From Macrostomum lignano (taxonomy: Eukaryota), in assembly GCA_002269645.1 (NCBI GenBank), contig NIVC01002566.1, positions 1-64,000 of the forward strand: 64,000 bases of DNA, in the 5' to 3' direction. The translations under genes were made by a program, and so were the position numbers. Numbering within the stretch: the stretch's first letter is position 1; the number at the start of each line of letters is the position of its first letter. The notes beneath the pieces were generated by a model. It did no database searches and was not told where the DNA came from. It was given only the letters and a program-made list of their open reading frames with translations. This document shows, one piece after another, positions 1 to 13,639 of the stretch.

Positions 1-3000
1 CTGCTTTCCAGATATTCGAAGGCGGAGATTCCGGAAAATTTCTATGTATTTAAATAAGGGAAATCCAGGAAAATCAATCACAAATTGCCAAGCTGTATAG
101 AAGACTCAAATATGAGATTCTACAGATCATTAGAGCGTGTCAGTCCTGTCTTCCCCAGAAAGAATCGTGTCTCTAGCTTAATCTGCTTCCAGATATTCAT
201 TCAAAAGGCGATTCCAGAAAATTGCAATGCATTCAAATGTGAAATTCGCGAAAATCAATCAGCAATTGCCAAGCTGTATTTAGAAGACTCAGATATGAGA
301 TTCTACAGATCATTAGAGCGTGTCAGTCCCTATCTTCCCTAGAAAGAATCATGTCTCTAAGCTTAATCTGCTTTCCAGATATTCGAAGGCGAGATTCCGA
401 AAATTTCAATGTATTTAAATAAGGGAAATCCAGGAAATCAATCAGCAATTGCCAAGCTGTATTAGAAGACTCAGATATGAGATTCTACAGATCATTAGAA
501 GCGTGTCAGTCCCTGTCTTCCCTAGAAAGAATCATGTCTCTAGCTTAATCTGCTTTCCAGATATTCATTCAAAAATGGCGATTCCAAAAATTGCAATGCA
601 TTCAAATGGTGAAATTCGCGAAATCAATCAGCAATTGCCAAGCTGTATTAGAAGACTCAGATATGAGATTCTACAGATCATTAGAGCGTGTCAGTCCCTG
701 TCTTCCCAGAAAGAATCGTGTCTCTAGCTTAATCTGCTTTCCAGATATTCATTCAGGCGATTCCAGAAAATTGCAATGCATTCAAATGGTGAAATTCGCA
801 GGAAAATCAATCAGCAATTGCCAAGCTGTATTAGAAGACTCAGATATGAGATTCTACAGATCATTAGAGCGTGTCAGTCCCTGTCTTCCCAGAAAGAATC
901 GTGTCTCTAGCTTAATCTGCTTTCCAGATATTCACAAAGGCGGATTCCAGAAAATTCAATGTATTTAAATGGGAAATCCGAAAATCAATCAGCAATTGCC
1001 AAGCTGTATTAGAAGACTCAGATATGAGATTCTACAGATCATTAGAGCGTGTCAGTCCCTGTCTTCCCAGAAAGAATCGTGTCTCTAGCTTAATCTGCTT
1101 TCCAGATATTCGAAGGCGGAGATTCCGGAAAATTTCTATGTATTTAAATGGGAAATCCAGGAAAATCAATCAGCAATTGCCAAGCTGTATTAGAAGACTC
1201 AGATATGAGATTCTACAGATCATTAGAGCGTGTCAGTCCCTGTCTTCCCCAGAAAGAATCGTGTCTCTAGCTTAATCTGCCTTCCAGATATTCGAAGGCG
1301 GATTCCAGAAAATTGCATGCATTTAAATGGTGAAATTCCGAAAATCAATCAGCAATTGCCAAGCTGTATTAGAAGACTCAGATATGAGATTCTACAGATC
1401 ATTAGAGCGTGTCAGTCCCTGTCTTCCCCAGAAAGAATCGTGTCTCTAGCTTAATCTGCTTCCAGATATTCAAGGCGATTCCAGAAAATTGCAATGCATT
1501 CAAATGGTGAAATTCGCGAAAATCAATCAGCAATTGCCAAGCTGTATTAGAAGACTCAGATATGAGATTCTACAGATCATTAGAGCGTGTCAGTCCCTGT
1601 CTTCCCAGAAAGAATCGTGTCTCTAGCTTAATCTGCTTTCCAGATATTCATTCAAGGCGAGATTCCGGAAAATTTCTATGTATTTAAATGGGAAATCCGA
1701 AAATCAATCAGCAATTGCCAAGCTGTATTAGAAGACTCAGATATGAGATTCTACAGATCATTAGAGCGTGTCAGTCCCTGTCTTCCCAGAAAGAATCGTG
1801 TCTCTAGCTTAATCTGCTTTCCAGATATTCGAAGGCGAGATTCCGGAAAATTTCTATGCATTTAAATGGGAAATCCAGAAAATCAATCAGCAATTGCCAA
1901 GCTGTATTAGAAGACTCAGATATGAGATTCTACAGATCATTAGAGCGTGTCAGTCCCTGTCTTCCCAGAAAGAATCGTGTCTCTAGCTTAATCTGCTTTC
2001 CAGATATTCAAGGCGATTCCAGAAAATTGCATGCATTCAAATGGGAAATTCGCAGAAAATCAATCAGCAATTGCCAAGCTGTATTAGAAGACTCAGATAT
2101 GAGATTCTACAGATCATTAGAGCGTGTCAGTCCCTGTCTTCCCAGAAAGAATCGTGTCTCTAGCTTAATCTGCTTTCCAGATATTCATTCAAGGCGATTC
2201 CGAAAATTGCAATGCATTCAAATGGTGAAATTCGCGAAAATCAATCAGCAATTGCCAAGCTGTATTAGAAGACTCAGATATGAGATTCTACAGATCATTA
2301 GAGCGTGTCAGTCCCTGTCTTCCCCAGAAAGAATCGTGTCTCTAGCTTAATCTGCTTTCCAGATATTCGAAGGCGGAGATTCCGGAAAATTTCTATGTAT
2401 TTAAATGGGAAATCCAGGAAAATCAATCAGCAATTGCCAAGCTGTATTAGAAGACTCAGATATGAGATTCTACAGATCATTAGAGCGTGTCAGTCCCTGT
2501 CTTCCCCAGAAAGAATCGTGTCTCTAGCTTAATCTGCTTTCCAGATATTCGAAGGCGATTCCGGAAAATTCTATGTATTTAAATGGGAAATCCGAAAATC
2601 AATCAGCAATTGCCAAGCTGTATTAGAAGACTCAGATATGAGATTCTACAGATCATTAGAGCGTGTCAGTCCCTGTCTTCCCAGAAAGAATCGTGTCTCT
2701 AGCTTAATCTGCTTTCCAGATATTCGAAGGCGGAGATTCCGGAAAATTTCTGTATTTAAATAAGGGAAATCCAGGAAAATCAATCACAATTGCCAAGCTG
2801 TATTAGAAGACTCAGATATGAGATTCTACAGATCATTAGAGCGTGTCAGTCCCTGTCTTCCCAGAAAGAATCGTGTCTCTAGCTTAATCTGCTTTCCAGA
2901 TATTCATTCAAAAACGGCGATTCCAGAAAATTGCAATGCATTCAAATGGTGAAATTCGCGAAAATCAATCAGCAATTGCCAAGCTGTATTAGAAGACTCA

Positions 3001-4677
3001 GATATGAGATTCTACAGATCATTAGAGCGTGTCAGTCCCTGTCTTCCCCAGAAAGAATCGTGTCTCTAGCTTAATCTGCTTTCCAGATATTCGAAGGCGG
3101 AGATTCCGGAAAATTTCTATGTATTTAAATAAGGGAAATCCAGGAAAATCAATCAGCAAATTGCCAAGCTGTATTAGAAGACTCAGATATGAGATTCTAC
3201 AGATCATTAGAGCGTGTCAGTCCCTGTCTTCCCAGAAAGAATCGTGTCTCTAGCTTAATCTGCTTTCCAGATATTCGAAGGCGGATTCCGGAAAATTTCT
3301 ATGTATTTAAATAAGGGAAATCCAGGAAAATCAATCACAATTGCCAAGCTGTATTAGAAGACTCAGATATGAGATTCTACAGATCATTAGAGCGTGTCAG
3401 TCCCTGTCTTCCCCAGAAAGAATCGTGTCTCTAGCTTAATCTGCTTTCCAGATATTCAAGGCGATTCCGAAAATTGCAATGCATTCAAATGGGAAATTCG
3501 CGAAAATCAATCAGCAATTGCCAAGCTGTATTAGAAGACTCAGATATGAGATTCTACAGATCATTAGAGCGTGTCAGTCCCTGTCTTCCCAGAAAGAATC
3601 GTGTCTCTAGCTTAATCTGCTTTCCAGATATTCGAAGGCGAGATTCCGGAAAATTTCAATGTATTTAAATGGGAAATCCAGGAAAATCAATCAGCAAATT
3701 GCCAAGCTGTATTAGAAGACTCAGATATGAGATTCTACAGATCATTAGAGCGTGTCAGTCCCTGTCTTCCCAGAAAGAATCGTGTCTCTAGCTTAATCTG
3801 CTTTCCAGATATTCGAAGGCGGAGATTCCGGAAAATTTCTGTATTTAAATAAGGGAAATCCAGGAAAATCAATCACAAATTGCCAAGCTGTATTAGAAGA
3901 CTCAGATATGAGATTCTACAGATCATTAGAGCGTGTCAGTCCCTGTCTTTCCAGAAAGAATCGTGTCTCTAGCTTAATCTGCCTTCCAGATATTCATTCA
4001 AAAACGGCGATTCCAGAAAATTGCAATGCATTCAAATGGTGAAATTCGCGAAAATCAATCAGCAATTGCCAAGCTGTATTAGAAGACTCAGATATGAGAT
4101 TCTACAGATCATTAGAGCGTGTCAGTCCCTGTCTTCCCTAGAAAGAATCATGTCTCTAGCTTAATCTGCTTTCCAGATATTCGAAGGCGGAGATTCCGGA
4201 AAATTTCTATGTATTTAAATAAGGGAAATCCAGGAAAATCAATCACAAATTGCCAAGCTGTATTAGAAGACTCAGATATGAGATTCTACAGATCATTAGA
4301 GCGTGTCAGTCCCTGTCTTCCCAGAAAGAATCGTGTCTCTAGCTTAATCTGCTTTCCAGATATTCACTCAAAAACGGCGATTCCAGAAAATTGCAATGCA
4401 TTCAAATGGTGAAATTCGCGAAGAATCAATCAGCAATTCAGCCAAGCTGTATTAGAAGACTCAATATATGAGATTCAGTACAGAATCATATAGATTCCAG
4501 CGTGTCAGTCCCTATCTTCCCTAGAAAGAATCGTGTCTCTAGCTTAATCTGCTTTCTAGATATTCCAAGGCGGCGATTCCGGAAAATTTTCTATGCATTA
4601 AAATACGGGAAATCCAGGATAATCAATCAGCAATTGCCAAGCTGTTTTACTAGAGTCAAATATGAAATTCTACAGAT
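1..4677. repeat. Satellite array, ~183-bp unit, ~25 copies, two sequence variants (A/B); runs off the window start
   Basis: Unit ctgctttccagatattc...aagctgtattagaagactcagatatgagattctacagatcattagagcgtgtcagtccctgtcttcccagaaagaatcgtgtctctagcttaat recurs at ~1, 184, 368, 550, 734, 917, etc. The variable segment is either cgaaggcggagattccggaaaatttctatgtatttaaataaggg (A) or cattcaaaaacggcgattccagaaaattgcaatgcattcaaatggtg (B). Confidence 0.97.
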
Positions 4678-4740
4678 GACACCGACTGATACGCTCTAGT
4701 GATCTGTAGAATTTCATGTTTAAGTCTACTAATACAGCTT
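4639..4740. repeat. Fold-back junction ending the satellite (39-bp imperfect inverted repeat)
   Basis: 4639-4677 aagctgttttactagagtcaaatatgaaattctacagat pairs with 4702-4740 atctgtagaatttcatgtttaagtctactaatacagctt (5 mismatches). The loop continues the reversed satellite unit. Confidence 0.85.
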
Positions 4741-6727
4741 CCTTGACCAGGAGAAAGCAGTTTCCTGGACCCAGGGGACCAGGCACAGGAAAAGCAATGC
4801 TGAGTTTGCTAAAGACAGGGGGCCAAATGCAGATGCTTCACAGATCGCAGACCCACATCTGGCCGCTCTGGAGACAACCGAACCTCTTTGTTCTTATTCT
4901 TCGAGTCACAGACCAAATCTCGAGGCTTGCCGGGACGAAAAATCAACACAGAAGGTTCTTCCCCCGATATGTATGACTGAGGCCGCAAAAAGTATAGCAT
5001 TGGTCCAACAGAGCCGTATCTGTTGGACATATGCTCTGTCCAAGAAAGAGACCCGCTCTGTATCGATCGAGCGGTGAGATAAACCATTTTTATGGTCCTA
5101 GAGGCTTTTTTACTTCACTTTACCTGTCTATATTGTATATGTTTGGAAATGGGCATGAGGATACCCACGGCATTCGGAACCCTTTATCTCTTTTGCTTCT
5201 TCCATTTAGAAGCAAAAATCTAATTTATTAGCCTCTCGAGCTTCTCCTTCCGACATCTTTTTTGCCACGCCACCAGGTTCCTACTGTCTCGTCCGATACT
5301 CCCCCGATAAGAAAAAAGTTTTTTTTCCAGCCTCTTTGTTTGATCCAGGCACGATCCATGGACTCCTAGATTCTACTGGACTGAAAGCGAAATTGCCGCC
5401 TGTACAAGATGAGGGCATTCTTTCTTCCCCCAGCCAGTCCGTTCCTCAGCCACCAAAAGAATCAATCATGGAAAATAAGTTTTGAGCGCAAGACAGAATC
5501 TCATTTATTGATGACATGCCAATGCCAATAACTACTATTTCAGAATTCGGCACTGTTTATTTATGCAGGATTGGCAATTTAAAATAATCAGCAAACAGTT
5601 GGTGAAAAAATGCAGATAAATAACGTTTTAGAGTCACTAAATTATAGTGCAATCGAGGAGAAAAGGCAACAGTTATCCTTATTCAAACCACTTGTCAATG
5701 TACAACCCCACAGTCTGTGTCACTGTCTTTTCATGCACTTGCTCACTTTGGCTTCAGGCTGGAACGCGATATGTACGCGTTTGCTTGTTTGGGATGCCGT
5801 GAGGGAAAGAGTGTTGCGGAGAAGGGCCCCCACTCCTCTCTTCCTCAGAAAGGAACTTTGCCCCATGTTGTACAGAAAAAAATAATGTATTTTCCGTTTC
5901 CTGTCCGGGTGCTTATATATAGTCGTCCATGCATGATCAGGGTTCTCAGACCATGAATAGAATGGGTTTCCACGATTTTTGTTAGCTATGCAGCTAAACA
6001 GATATAAATCTTGGTTTTGATACATTAGGAAGGCCTTCAACAAAGCAGAACCAAGAAAGCAAGGCAGAACAAAAAACGGACTTATAGCTAGCGTTCTCGA
6101 GGTTTCAGTCTCTTTGTGTATCGATGATGCCAGTTCACAGTCGCATAAGCTAGTAGTTTTTTCGGCAAATGCATTCGGGGCGGAGTCGAGAAATCAAAGC
6201 AGCTGATTGATGATTCCAAAACAGCTGTGGGAAACGATATACGTTTCAATTAATACCAATATACAATCTAGAAATCTTGACATAAACTTTAGGCTATATA
6301 CGAGTCGAGCTAATAACAAATCCGTTTGAATCTAATCACTGTCGCCCGTTAGAGGCACAACGCAGAAACGAATTTCTGCTTCAGTTGCTTCGGTTCGGTA
6401 TCCCGATTTTTTAAGGCCAAATCCATGCAAATCGTGGCACACCACTCTTAAGGGGAAGAGGGGAGAAGCAGAGCTAGGAAATCTTTGTTTGGTTTGCTTT
6501 GTTCTTTCGTATAGAGCTTTGGTATATATTGGCTTAATTATATACATGTATACCGTATCACAAGTTACGAAAAATAAATGGTATCAGATATTTCAAACAG
6601 ACTCAGAATAACAAGCAGTTGCATTCGCCGTTTCTTAACATCTGTACAAAAACTGCGAAAGCATAAGCGCCCTTCAAAAATCTCGAAGTCGAAAGCTGAT
6701 TGAGATAGAGACATTCTTTTTGTGGGT

Positions 6728-6778
6728 GACACCGACTGGCACGCTCTAATAATCGGTTAGAATCTCATATCTGAGTCT
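6728..6778 (-). repeat. Isolated inverted partial copy of the satellite unit
   Basis: gacaccgactggcacgctctaataatcggttagaatctcatatctgagtctc is the reverse complement of the satellite core and begins with the same gacaccgact as 4678. Confidence 0.8.
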
Positions 6779-7786
6779 CCATTAAAGTTATCTATGTCCT
6801 AACATGTATATACTAAAAACTATAATCTGACAATAATAAAGCAACACAAGTATTAGGTTCCTCATTTTCAAATATAGGTACATGTATATTGATTGCAAGG
6901 AATTGAAAGCAAGACTCAGTTTATTTTACCAGCTAATTCTTACAAAAATGCTCACACAGGATGAATAGAAAAGGCATTTCTTGGAAAATTACTTGACCTG
7001 GGTGCACAAGTTTACGAGTCATTGAGAAATTTGCCTTTAGATAAAAGCTGCAATACTCTTTACTGAGAATTCGAATACTCAAATGACAAGCCTGCCAAGC
7101 ATTGAACTTGAAGATTAACTCTAAAGTAATATTTAGCTTGACACTTAGTAACGCACTCATTTGAATATTTAGCATTCGGATGTAAACATACTGCACAAGG
7201 TCTGCACAAATTTGAAGGCTTTGGGGCCTTAGCTTAGTAATTTTTTGGGAGCAGTGAGAATAATCTCAACTATATAGTTGAAGAATCGATCGCGAAAAGG
7301 GGTTCATAACAATATGGCTTGATTAATAAAGCGGTCTAAAACGCAATTCATACGAGTATTTACGCAACCCTTAGTGCTTACTTTGTTCAGTGACTGTGAT
7401 TCCCCTTTGTTAGCTTCCCTTAGGAAATGCAATAAAGAAAGGAGACAGAGAGGTCTCGGATTTTACACAAGCCATATTAAGGACACGGAAACACCAGGTG
7501 TTCTAGGGTAGCGTTTTCGCAAACTATTCTCGAACCAGCCTCGAATTCCTGGAAATCTAGCATAGAATTAGAATACGAGGCTTAAAAATAAAGTCTCGAT
7601 AGCTAGTTTGATGCCTCAACAAGAGCTAGTTCCATGGATTTTTCATAGTGGGATATCGTAGAAACCAGCACGACTTGTGTTGTGGCTGGCTCACAACACA
7701 AGCACAGGTTAACAAGAATATACACAGTAAGTCGCAAAGGTAATAAAATATTAATGGGGAGCAAGGGAACAACACAAGTATATATA

Positions 7787-7898
7787 TACACACAAACACA
7801 CACACACATATATATATGTTTTATATATATATATGTACATATATATACACACACACATATATATATATATATAATATATATATATGTGTGTGTTTGTG
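7787..7898. repeat. Compound (AT)n/(AC)n/(GT)n microsatellite
   Basis: Dinucleotide runs read directly. Confidence 0.9.
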
Positions 7899-8351
7899 TT
7901 ACACTGACAGTGACACAGACTTCTACAAATGATCGAGATGGGGGTTTAAAAATAACATTCATACATACTGTACATACAGACGACTCATTTTGGTATATAG
8001 GATAGGAAGTGAAGGCTTTCACAAGACTCCATGAAAACTTATGGCTCTACTTATTATCAGCCCTCTCCAGTCTTTATGGAATTCCAGCTGTTCTAGCTGC
8101 TTTATGGAATCACAGCTTTACTTCATCTTCTCTGGGACACAGCGCAGGACGAATCGGAAGATGTCGATGACGCTATCGATCCTGTTAACATAATTATTTT
8201 AGAAATGAAAGTCGATAATTGAATCTAATTAAATAATTAAATAATAATTTAGAACTTTTTTAATTTACTGACAGGTGTTTATTTAAATTGATTGATAAAA
8301 CACAGACACAAGTAAGTAGAAAGGCCAATGAACTATATTTACCTGAGAAAT

Positions 8352-10312
8352 CTATTCATCGTGCCCTGCTAGTGGAATTACATAGAATGAGTCCACTGTC
8401 TCGCCCTCAGCTGCTGCCGAAGTCGCATGGGGTAGGAGCCAACATTTGCGGCTTGGTTGTCCAGTCGTGATCTCGGATGTCAGGTGATATACACCAATTC
8501 CAAGAAGCAGCGAAGGGAATGGATACGTATAGAGGCTTTCAGTAGGCCGCAGAATTCTACCTGACACTTTGCCGTTAATAGTCACGTGTTGAATTAGCAC
8601 ACACTGCGAACCAACGAAGCAGCAGTTGTCACCCTTCTTTGTGCTGTACTTTAAGGGCGGGAGACAATGATCCTTCAAATTCAAATTTCGAACTTTGAGC
8701 GCTTGAACAACAGCATGTGCAGCTGGATGCCTGGTGACTTTAATTTTCCTCTTTATGGAACCAAGATAGTTCTCAAAGGGAAAAGTCGAAAAGTTGTTCA
8801 GATTACCAAATTTCCTTACAAAGTAGTCGAAATGAAGCAGAGCGTGAATGTTGTAGCTGATAGCTTTTTTGCCAAACATTTTGGACAATTGCTCTACAAA
8901 GACTTCGATACAACTTTTTGCTTGAGACCAAAGTTCAGAGTACTTCTCGGATGAGTAGCAGAACACGGCAAAGTGCAAAAGTAAGAAGTTTTTGTAAAGT
9001 TTTTCTGGTATGTATCTCTTAAAAAGTACAGGACCCAGATACAAAACATACTGTCTGAATTCAGTTGCCTTCAGAAATGACAAGCACTTGTCAATGCGCC
9101 GTGGCCTTCTTTGAAAGTTGCTTGGAGTCCAGCAGGCAATTTCATCAATGTAGTCCGACAGATGTTTAACTGTTTTCCTAGAATGTTTGCAGCCTCCTTT
9201 TCCAAAATAAAAGTTCATAATTTTTCTCACGGCTCCAAGACAGATTGCATGCTGAAAATCGAGTGGGAACCAGTTCGCGAAGTCCATATTCGGCAAGTGC
9301 AGCAGCGGTGACAATATTTTAGATTCAGCTTGATTGCTTTCACCTCCTTCGCGATATATCTGTCCACAACGACTCTCGGCGATGGTTGTTGAAAAGACAA
9401 CTCTGTTGTCGTCACGTGAACCCACGGCTCTACAGTATTGACAACCAACGTAAGATGTGTGACCGGATGTGCACATTAGGAAGTTGCGCGCAGGGGTGTC
9501 GCATATAAAGTAAATAGCGGAGAGCATGATGCTTATCTCATCGGAGATTTTAACGGGTTCAGATAAGAACATCGTCGCCTCCGCGCAGAATTCTTGCAAA
9601 TATTCTTTTAATGGTGGCTTGCCTATACCAGCCCAAATTGCCACCGGAAATGGCTTAGCGAATGCTTTTGGAATTGTCATTAATAATGGCCACAAGCCAA
9701 ATTGACTCGCACGGAAAAGAGGACATCCGTCACTATTCAGGTGGGCCTCAAATTGTACACTTTTGTTGAACCACTTGATTTCTGCAGATTTTCAGGCGCA
9801 AGTTGCAGTAACCCATGACGAGTTAATAGTTGGAGATTATTGAGTATTGAGATGTACTTAAAATGTCCATCCCCCATGGCCAGTAATTCCCCTACAGGAA
9901 ATTCTTTCTTCAGAAGCCGTTCCAGTCGGAAAACAGATTTTGGAGCAGGAATGCCGATTTCTCGAAGTCCGGCGAGAAGGAAAGCCATGGCGCTGCGAGA
10001 AATATTGTACGTTGAGAGAAATAGAAGAAGCAATGCTTCTAGCTTTACTTCTAAAGGCCGATTATCTTCCTCTCTCTCCTCTTCTTCGGTGTCATCTTCG
10101 GAGATGTCGTCTGCATCACGATTCCACTCCATCTCATCAAAGTCAACATTACTTAACTCTTCCTGGTCACCTTCATCGACGTCCATCCGTTGTTCTTCCG
10201 CTCCGCTTGATGCCTCTGTGGTGACCTTGTCCTGCTCTCTCTTTTCTTTATCAACAAATGAAGATAGCAAGTGCTTTGTTGCAAGTCGTTGCAAATTTTT
10301 CTTGGAAGACAT
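8352..10312 (-). mobile_element. EnSpm/CACTA (CMC)-type DDE transposase gene, one frameshift near 9745
   Basis: ORFs 10312-9737 and 9695-8352 join by a 1-nt shift (…NLR/HLNSDGCPLFRASQFGLWPLL). Motifs LNSDGCPLF, FICDTPAR, GHTSYVGCQYC, DFQHAICLG, KATEFRQYVLYLGP and FPFENYLG match the CMC/EnSpm transposase pattern. Terminal inverted repeats were not located. Confidence 0.8.
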
Positions 10313-10663
10313 TTTGTTTGAAAGATGCTTTTACCTGTAGTAGATTATTAATTGTATGTAGGTAAATCAGGTAAAAAGATGGGTAGGAAAGGTTAAGATA
10401 GGTTATGGTAAGTCGAATGCGATTATGTGTTGAAGATACATGATATTTGGTAAGACCCAATAGAAATTGGTTCCTGAGTTTATCAATGCTCGGAACCAAT
10501 GAGATCGCCCTGTGCCAACCTCTCGAAGCTGAAGCCTTGCTTAAATTTTCTCAAATGAGCTTTTTTCACTTTGCATCAGATCAAATTAGCTAGATGTAAG
10601 AATTCTCATCGAATTCATAAAATATCTATCCATCTATAGCATATAAAAACTATTTTTGTTATC

Positions 10664-13596
10664 ATGAAGTTTATTGTAATTTTCAAAGCTGATAGACAGG
10701 TTGTTGAGGCAAACAAAGAGCATCTGATTCTCCCGGAAGAGTTGGAAAACTTGACAGACTCAGAGTGGCTTGCTTTGAAAGATAGCACTGAGAAATGGTT
10801 CTGCAAGGCACTCTACGAAGGGCAGCACTTTGCTGCAATTATTGTCCAGGTGAGCTTTTTTGTTTATAACTTTATATAGTTACAAGCTTAAGTTATCAAC
10901 GAATTATTGATTTAATTACGACTGCCATTGAGATTAGGGCCGATTTGAAAAAATAAAATTCACCAAATTGCTGCGCGTACAGACATTAACTACTAGCTGT
11001 CGCTGAAGTTCAGTAATTGAGCTCATTTATACACGCATTATAGACCTAATTATATTTCATTTTAGGTTGTGTTAGACGACTCTTTGGATTCACCGGCCCT
11101 TGCATTTGCTCGAGAATTAATCAAGAAAAAAAAGACGCTCAAGGATATTCTAGCTCTCGTGCTTCCACGAGTTTTTTGCAAGAGCGATCAGCGCCAGGCC
11201 CGTCGGTTGTATCAAGGAAGGGTGAGCTTCGTGTTTCTGAATGTCTCAGTGAATAGTGATAAATGAATTCGAGAAGAAGAAGGAGAAATACTATGCTTAT
11301 TCAAATTAGACTAGAAGATTATACACTTTGAATGTACTTAGACCAGAATCCAAATTAAATATTTTCACAGAACCTGTCCAGTGGCTCTGCGTCCGACACA
11401 GATCACTTCTGGGACGGCCGATCGACTGAGAAGCGGCGCCCGCAACTTCAGCTACCAAATCAACAACTGCCTGAGACATTAGCGACGCTGTGCCCGCTGC
11501 CTGCACACTTGATATCAGGCGGAAATCAGACGGAGCTTTTGGAAAGCGCTGCAGTGCAAGCGGAAGCGAAAGCGGCAGCGGAAGCAAAAGCGGCAGCGGA
11601 AGCGAAAGCGGCAGCGGAAGCGAAAGCGGCAGCGGAAGCGAAAGCGGCAGCGGAAGCGAAAGCGGCAGCGGAAGCGAAAGCGGCAGCGGAAGCAAAAGCG
11701 GCAGCGGAAGCGAAAGCGGCAGCGGAAGCAAAAGCGGCAGCGGAAGCGAAAGCGGCAGCGGAAGCAAAAGCGGCAGCGGAAGCGAAAGCGGCAGCGGAAG
11801 CGAAAGCGGCAGCGGAAGCGAAAGCGGCAGCGGAAGCAAAAGCGGCAGCGGAAGCGAAAGCGGCAGCGGAAGCGAAAGCGGCAGCGGAAGCGAAAGCGGC
11901 AGCGGAAGTGGAAGCGGATGAGGAAGCAATCACAATAATTGAAGCTGCAGTGATGGCTCCATGGGTCGAAGAGGCAGCAGCCGCAGACATCTCAGCTGTC
12001 CCAAAGCCTTCAGTATTTGGCTTCGGGCCAAGTCCGGTACACGTGCTTCAGCGGCAGATTCAGTCGGTGGTCGACTTTCCTTTAGAAAGTATTCGTGGAA
12101 TCCTCTTCGTGCAGCTGTCACTTCTCCGCGAACAAATGGTGAAAAACAGTAAATTGGAAGCCCAACAAAAGCGCTGCCTAGAAGAACTGGCGTCAATTCG
12201 CGCAGAGCTGCACCTGCACCGTCAGTCGACAGCACCGGCTCCACGTTCACCACAGTTCTGGCCCATCAGTAGCTGGCAAGCGTATGTGGAGTTCGTTGAG
12301 TTGCAGCCAACAGAGATGCTTTCAGAAATGGTAAGTTTTGAGCCAGATATTTCAAGCAGATTTTAATCTTAGACTCAAGTTTAGTCCTCAATATTTATAT
12401 CACCCCTCTACGAGCGTATTAATTACCTCATTTTAATCTCAACCTCAATTTAGCTAAATTATCGTATTTTTGTCTCATTTTTTTCAATTTCTGCACCCCT
12501 CTATGTTAGACTCGTCTGTTTCATTCTCTTTGCACTCTCCCTGACGACAAGTGACAACACAATCTCAGATAATCACGGATTCAACTATTACTTGTCAACC
12601 ATATCCGTTGTTTCTGTCATTATAGAAAACTCTGCTTCTTCTCGCTAAGCGGTCGACAGTGTCAGAGACAGTTCGGACGATGATGGACTCCTGTTTGACT
12701 CCCGACCTACAGGCAGCTGTCAACTTCAACGGAAGAGATATGCAGAGTCGAGCTCGTCTGGCAGGAGCTAACACAGCTTTGACTGATCAGCATCTGGGCT
12801 TTAAAGTAATACTCCTGAATTATTTTCAAGGTGAGAATCATTTCATTATGCAATATCATGAGCTTTATGAGACCACTCAAGCGGCATTCAAATAATTCTT
12901 AAATAACTTCGCAGAATTTTCATGCTGCAAATTTTCGTAAATCTGAAAAATAAACTTAAACATGAACTGACTCCTAAATCAGCTACTGTTAGTAGAAATG
13001 TAATATTATCTAATACCTTAAGAGTTGGAATTTTTCCTAAATCTATCTATAAAACTATAACACACGCAGATGCCATCACGAGCTTATATGCTTTGGACGA
13101 AGCCAAGCCAACACCGGCTAAGGTGCATGATATATGCAAAGACCTGTTGCACCGCGGTACGGACCGTTTAAAAAAGCGGCGTCACCGAGCAAGCCTGGCC
13201 AGAGACCCAGCGGGCACATCTACAGCGGCTGCAGCGGCATATGTCTCTCCAGCTTCAACGGTAATGACACCAGCTGCTGGTGCATTTTCATCGCATCCCG
13301 TATCTGCTACAGCCACTACACCAGCAACCCCAACTCGACATCGGATCCACGCCACTGCTCACCAGGCGTCCAGCGCAACTGCAGCACCGGTGGACAGCAG
13401 AAAGCGTTCAGCATGTGGTGCAGGTGGGCATGGGTCACAGAAGAATCAGCGTCAGTCGATTGAACGCTTCGCCTATTCCCAGCAGGCCGACAATGTCCCG
13501 GACGATGACCAGAATTGCACTAGCTCTAGCGACAGTGATGCAGAAAATTTGATGGATGAATTAAGAGGAAATAGACAGAAATTGTTTCGACTGTGA
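10664..13596 (+). CDS. Transposon accessory protein, DUF4806/BEN-like, ~677 aa, 5 exons, with an AEAKAA repeat tract
   Basis: Exons 10664-10849, 11066-11221, 11371-12330, 12626-12830 and 13070-13596 join in frame with GT-AG sites (phases 0,0,0,1). The C-terminal part TVRTMMDSCLTPDLQAAVNFNGR…GFKVILL…ICKDLLHRGTDR resembles DUF4806/BEN-like domains. It is divergently transcribed from the transposase. Confidence 0.7.
11560..11901 (+). repeat. Coding 18-bp tandem repeat x19 encoding (AEAKAA)n
   Basis: gcggaagcgaaagcggca units lie inside exon 3 of the + strand gene. Confidence 0.95.
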
Positions 13597-13639
13597 AAGC
13601 AGGGTTAGATAATGTTTTGTCCTTAATTTCACTTCGCTT

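Noticed and set aside
1-4677. CRISPR-like array or repeated protein-coding ORFs in the 183-bp repeats
   Set aside because: There are no unique spacers and no cas genes, and the context is eukaryotic. The ORFs are short, frame-shifting by-products of the satellite.
4716-6550. Short ORFs, including a Cys-rich stretch near 5700-5900, as a zinc-finger gene
   Set aside because: There is no consistent motif spacing or splice-supported frame.
11306-11990. Overlapping (GSES)n, (LPLS)n and (FASAAA)n ORFs, or a synthetic EAAAK linker/vector contamination
   Set aside because: Only the AEAKAA frame connects to flanking exons in frame. The tract is embedded in a natural spliced gene with no vector sequence.
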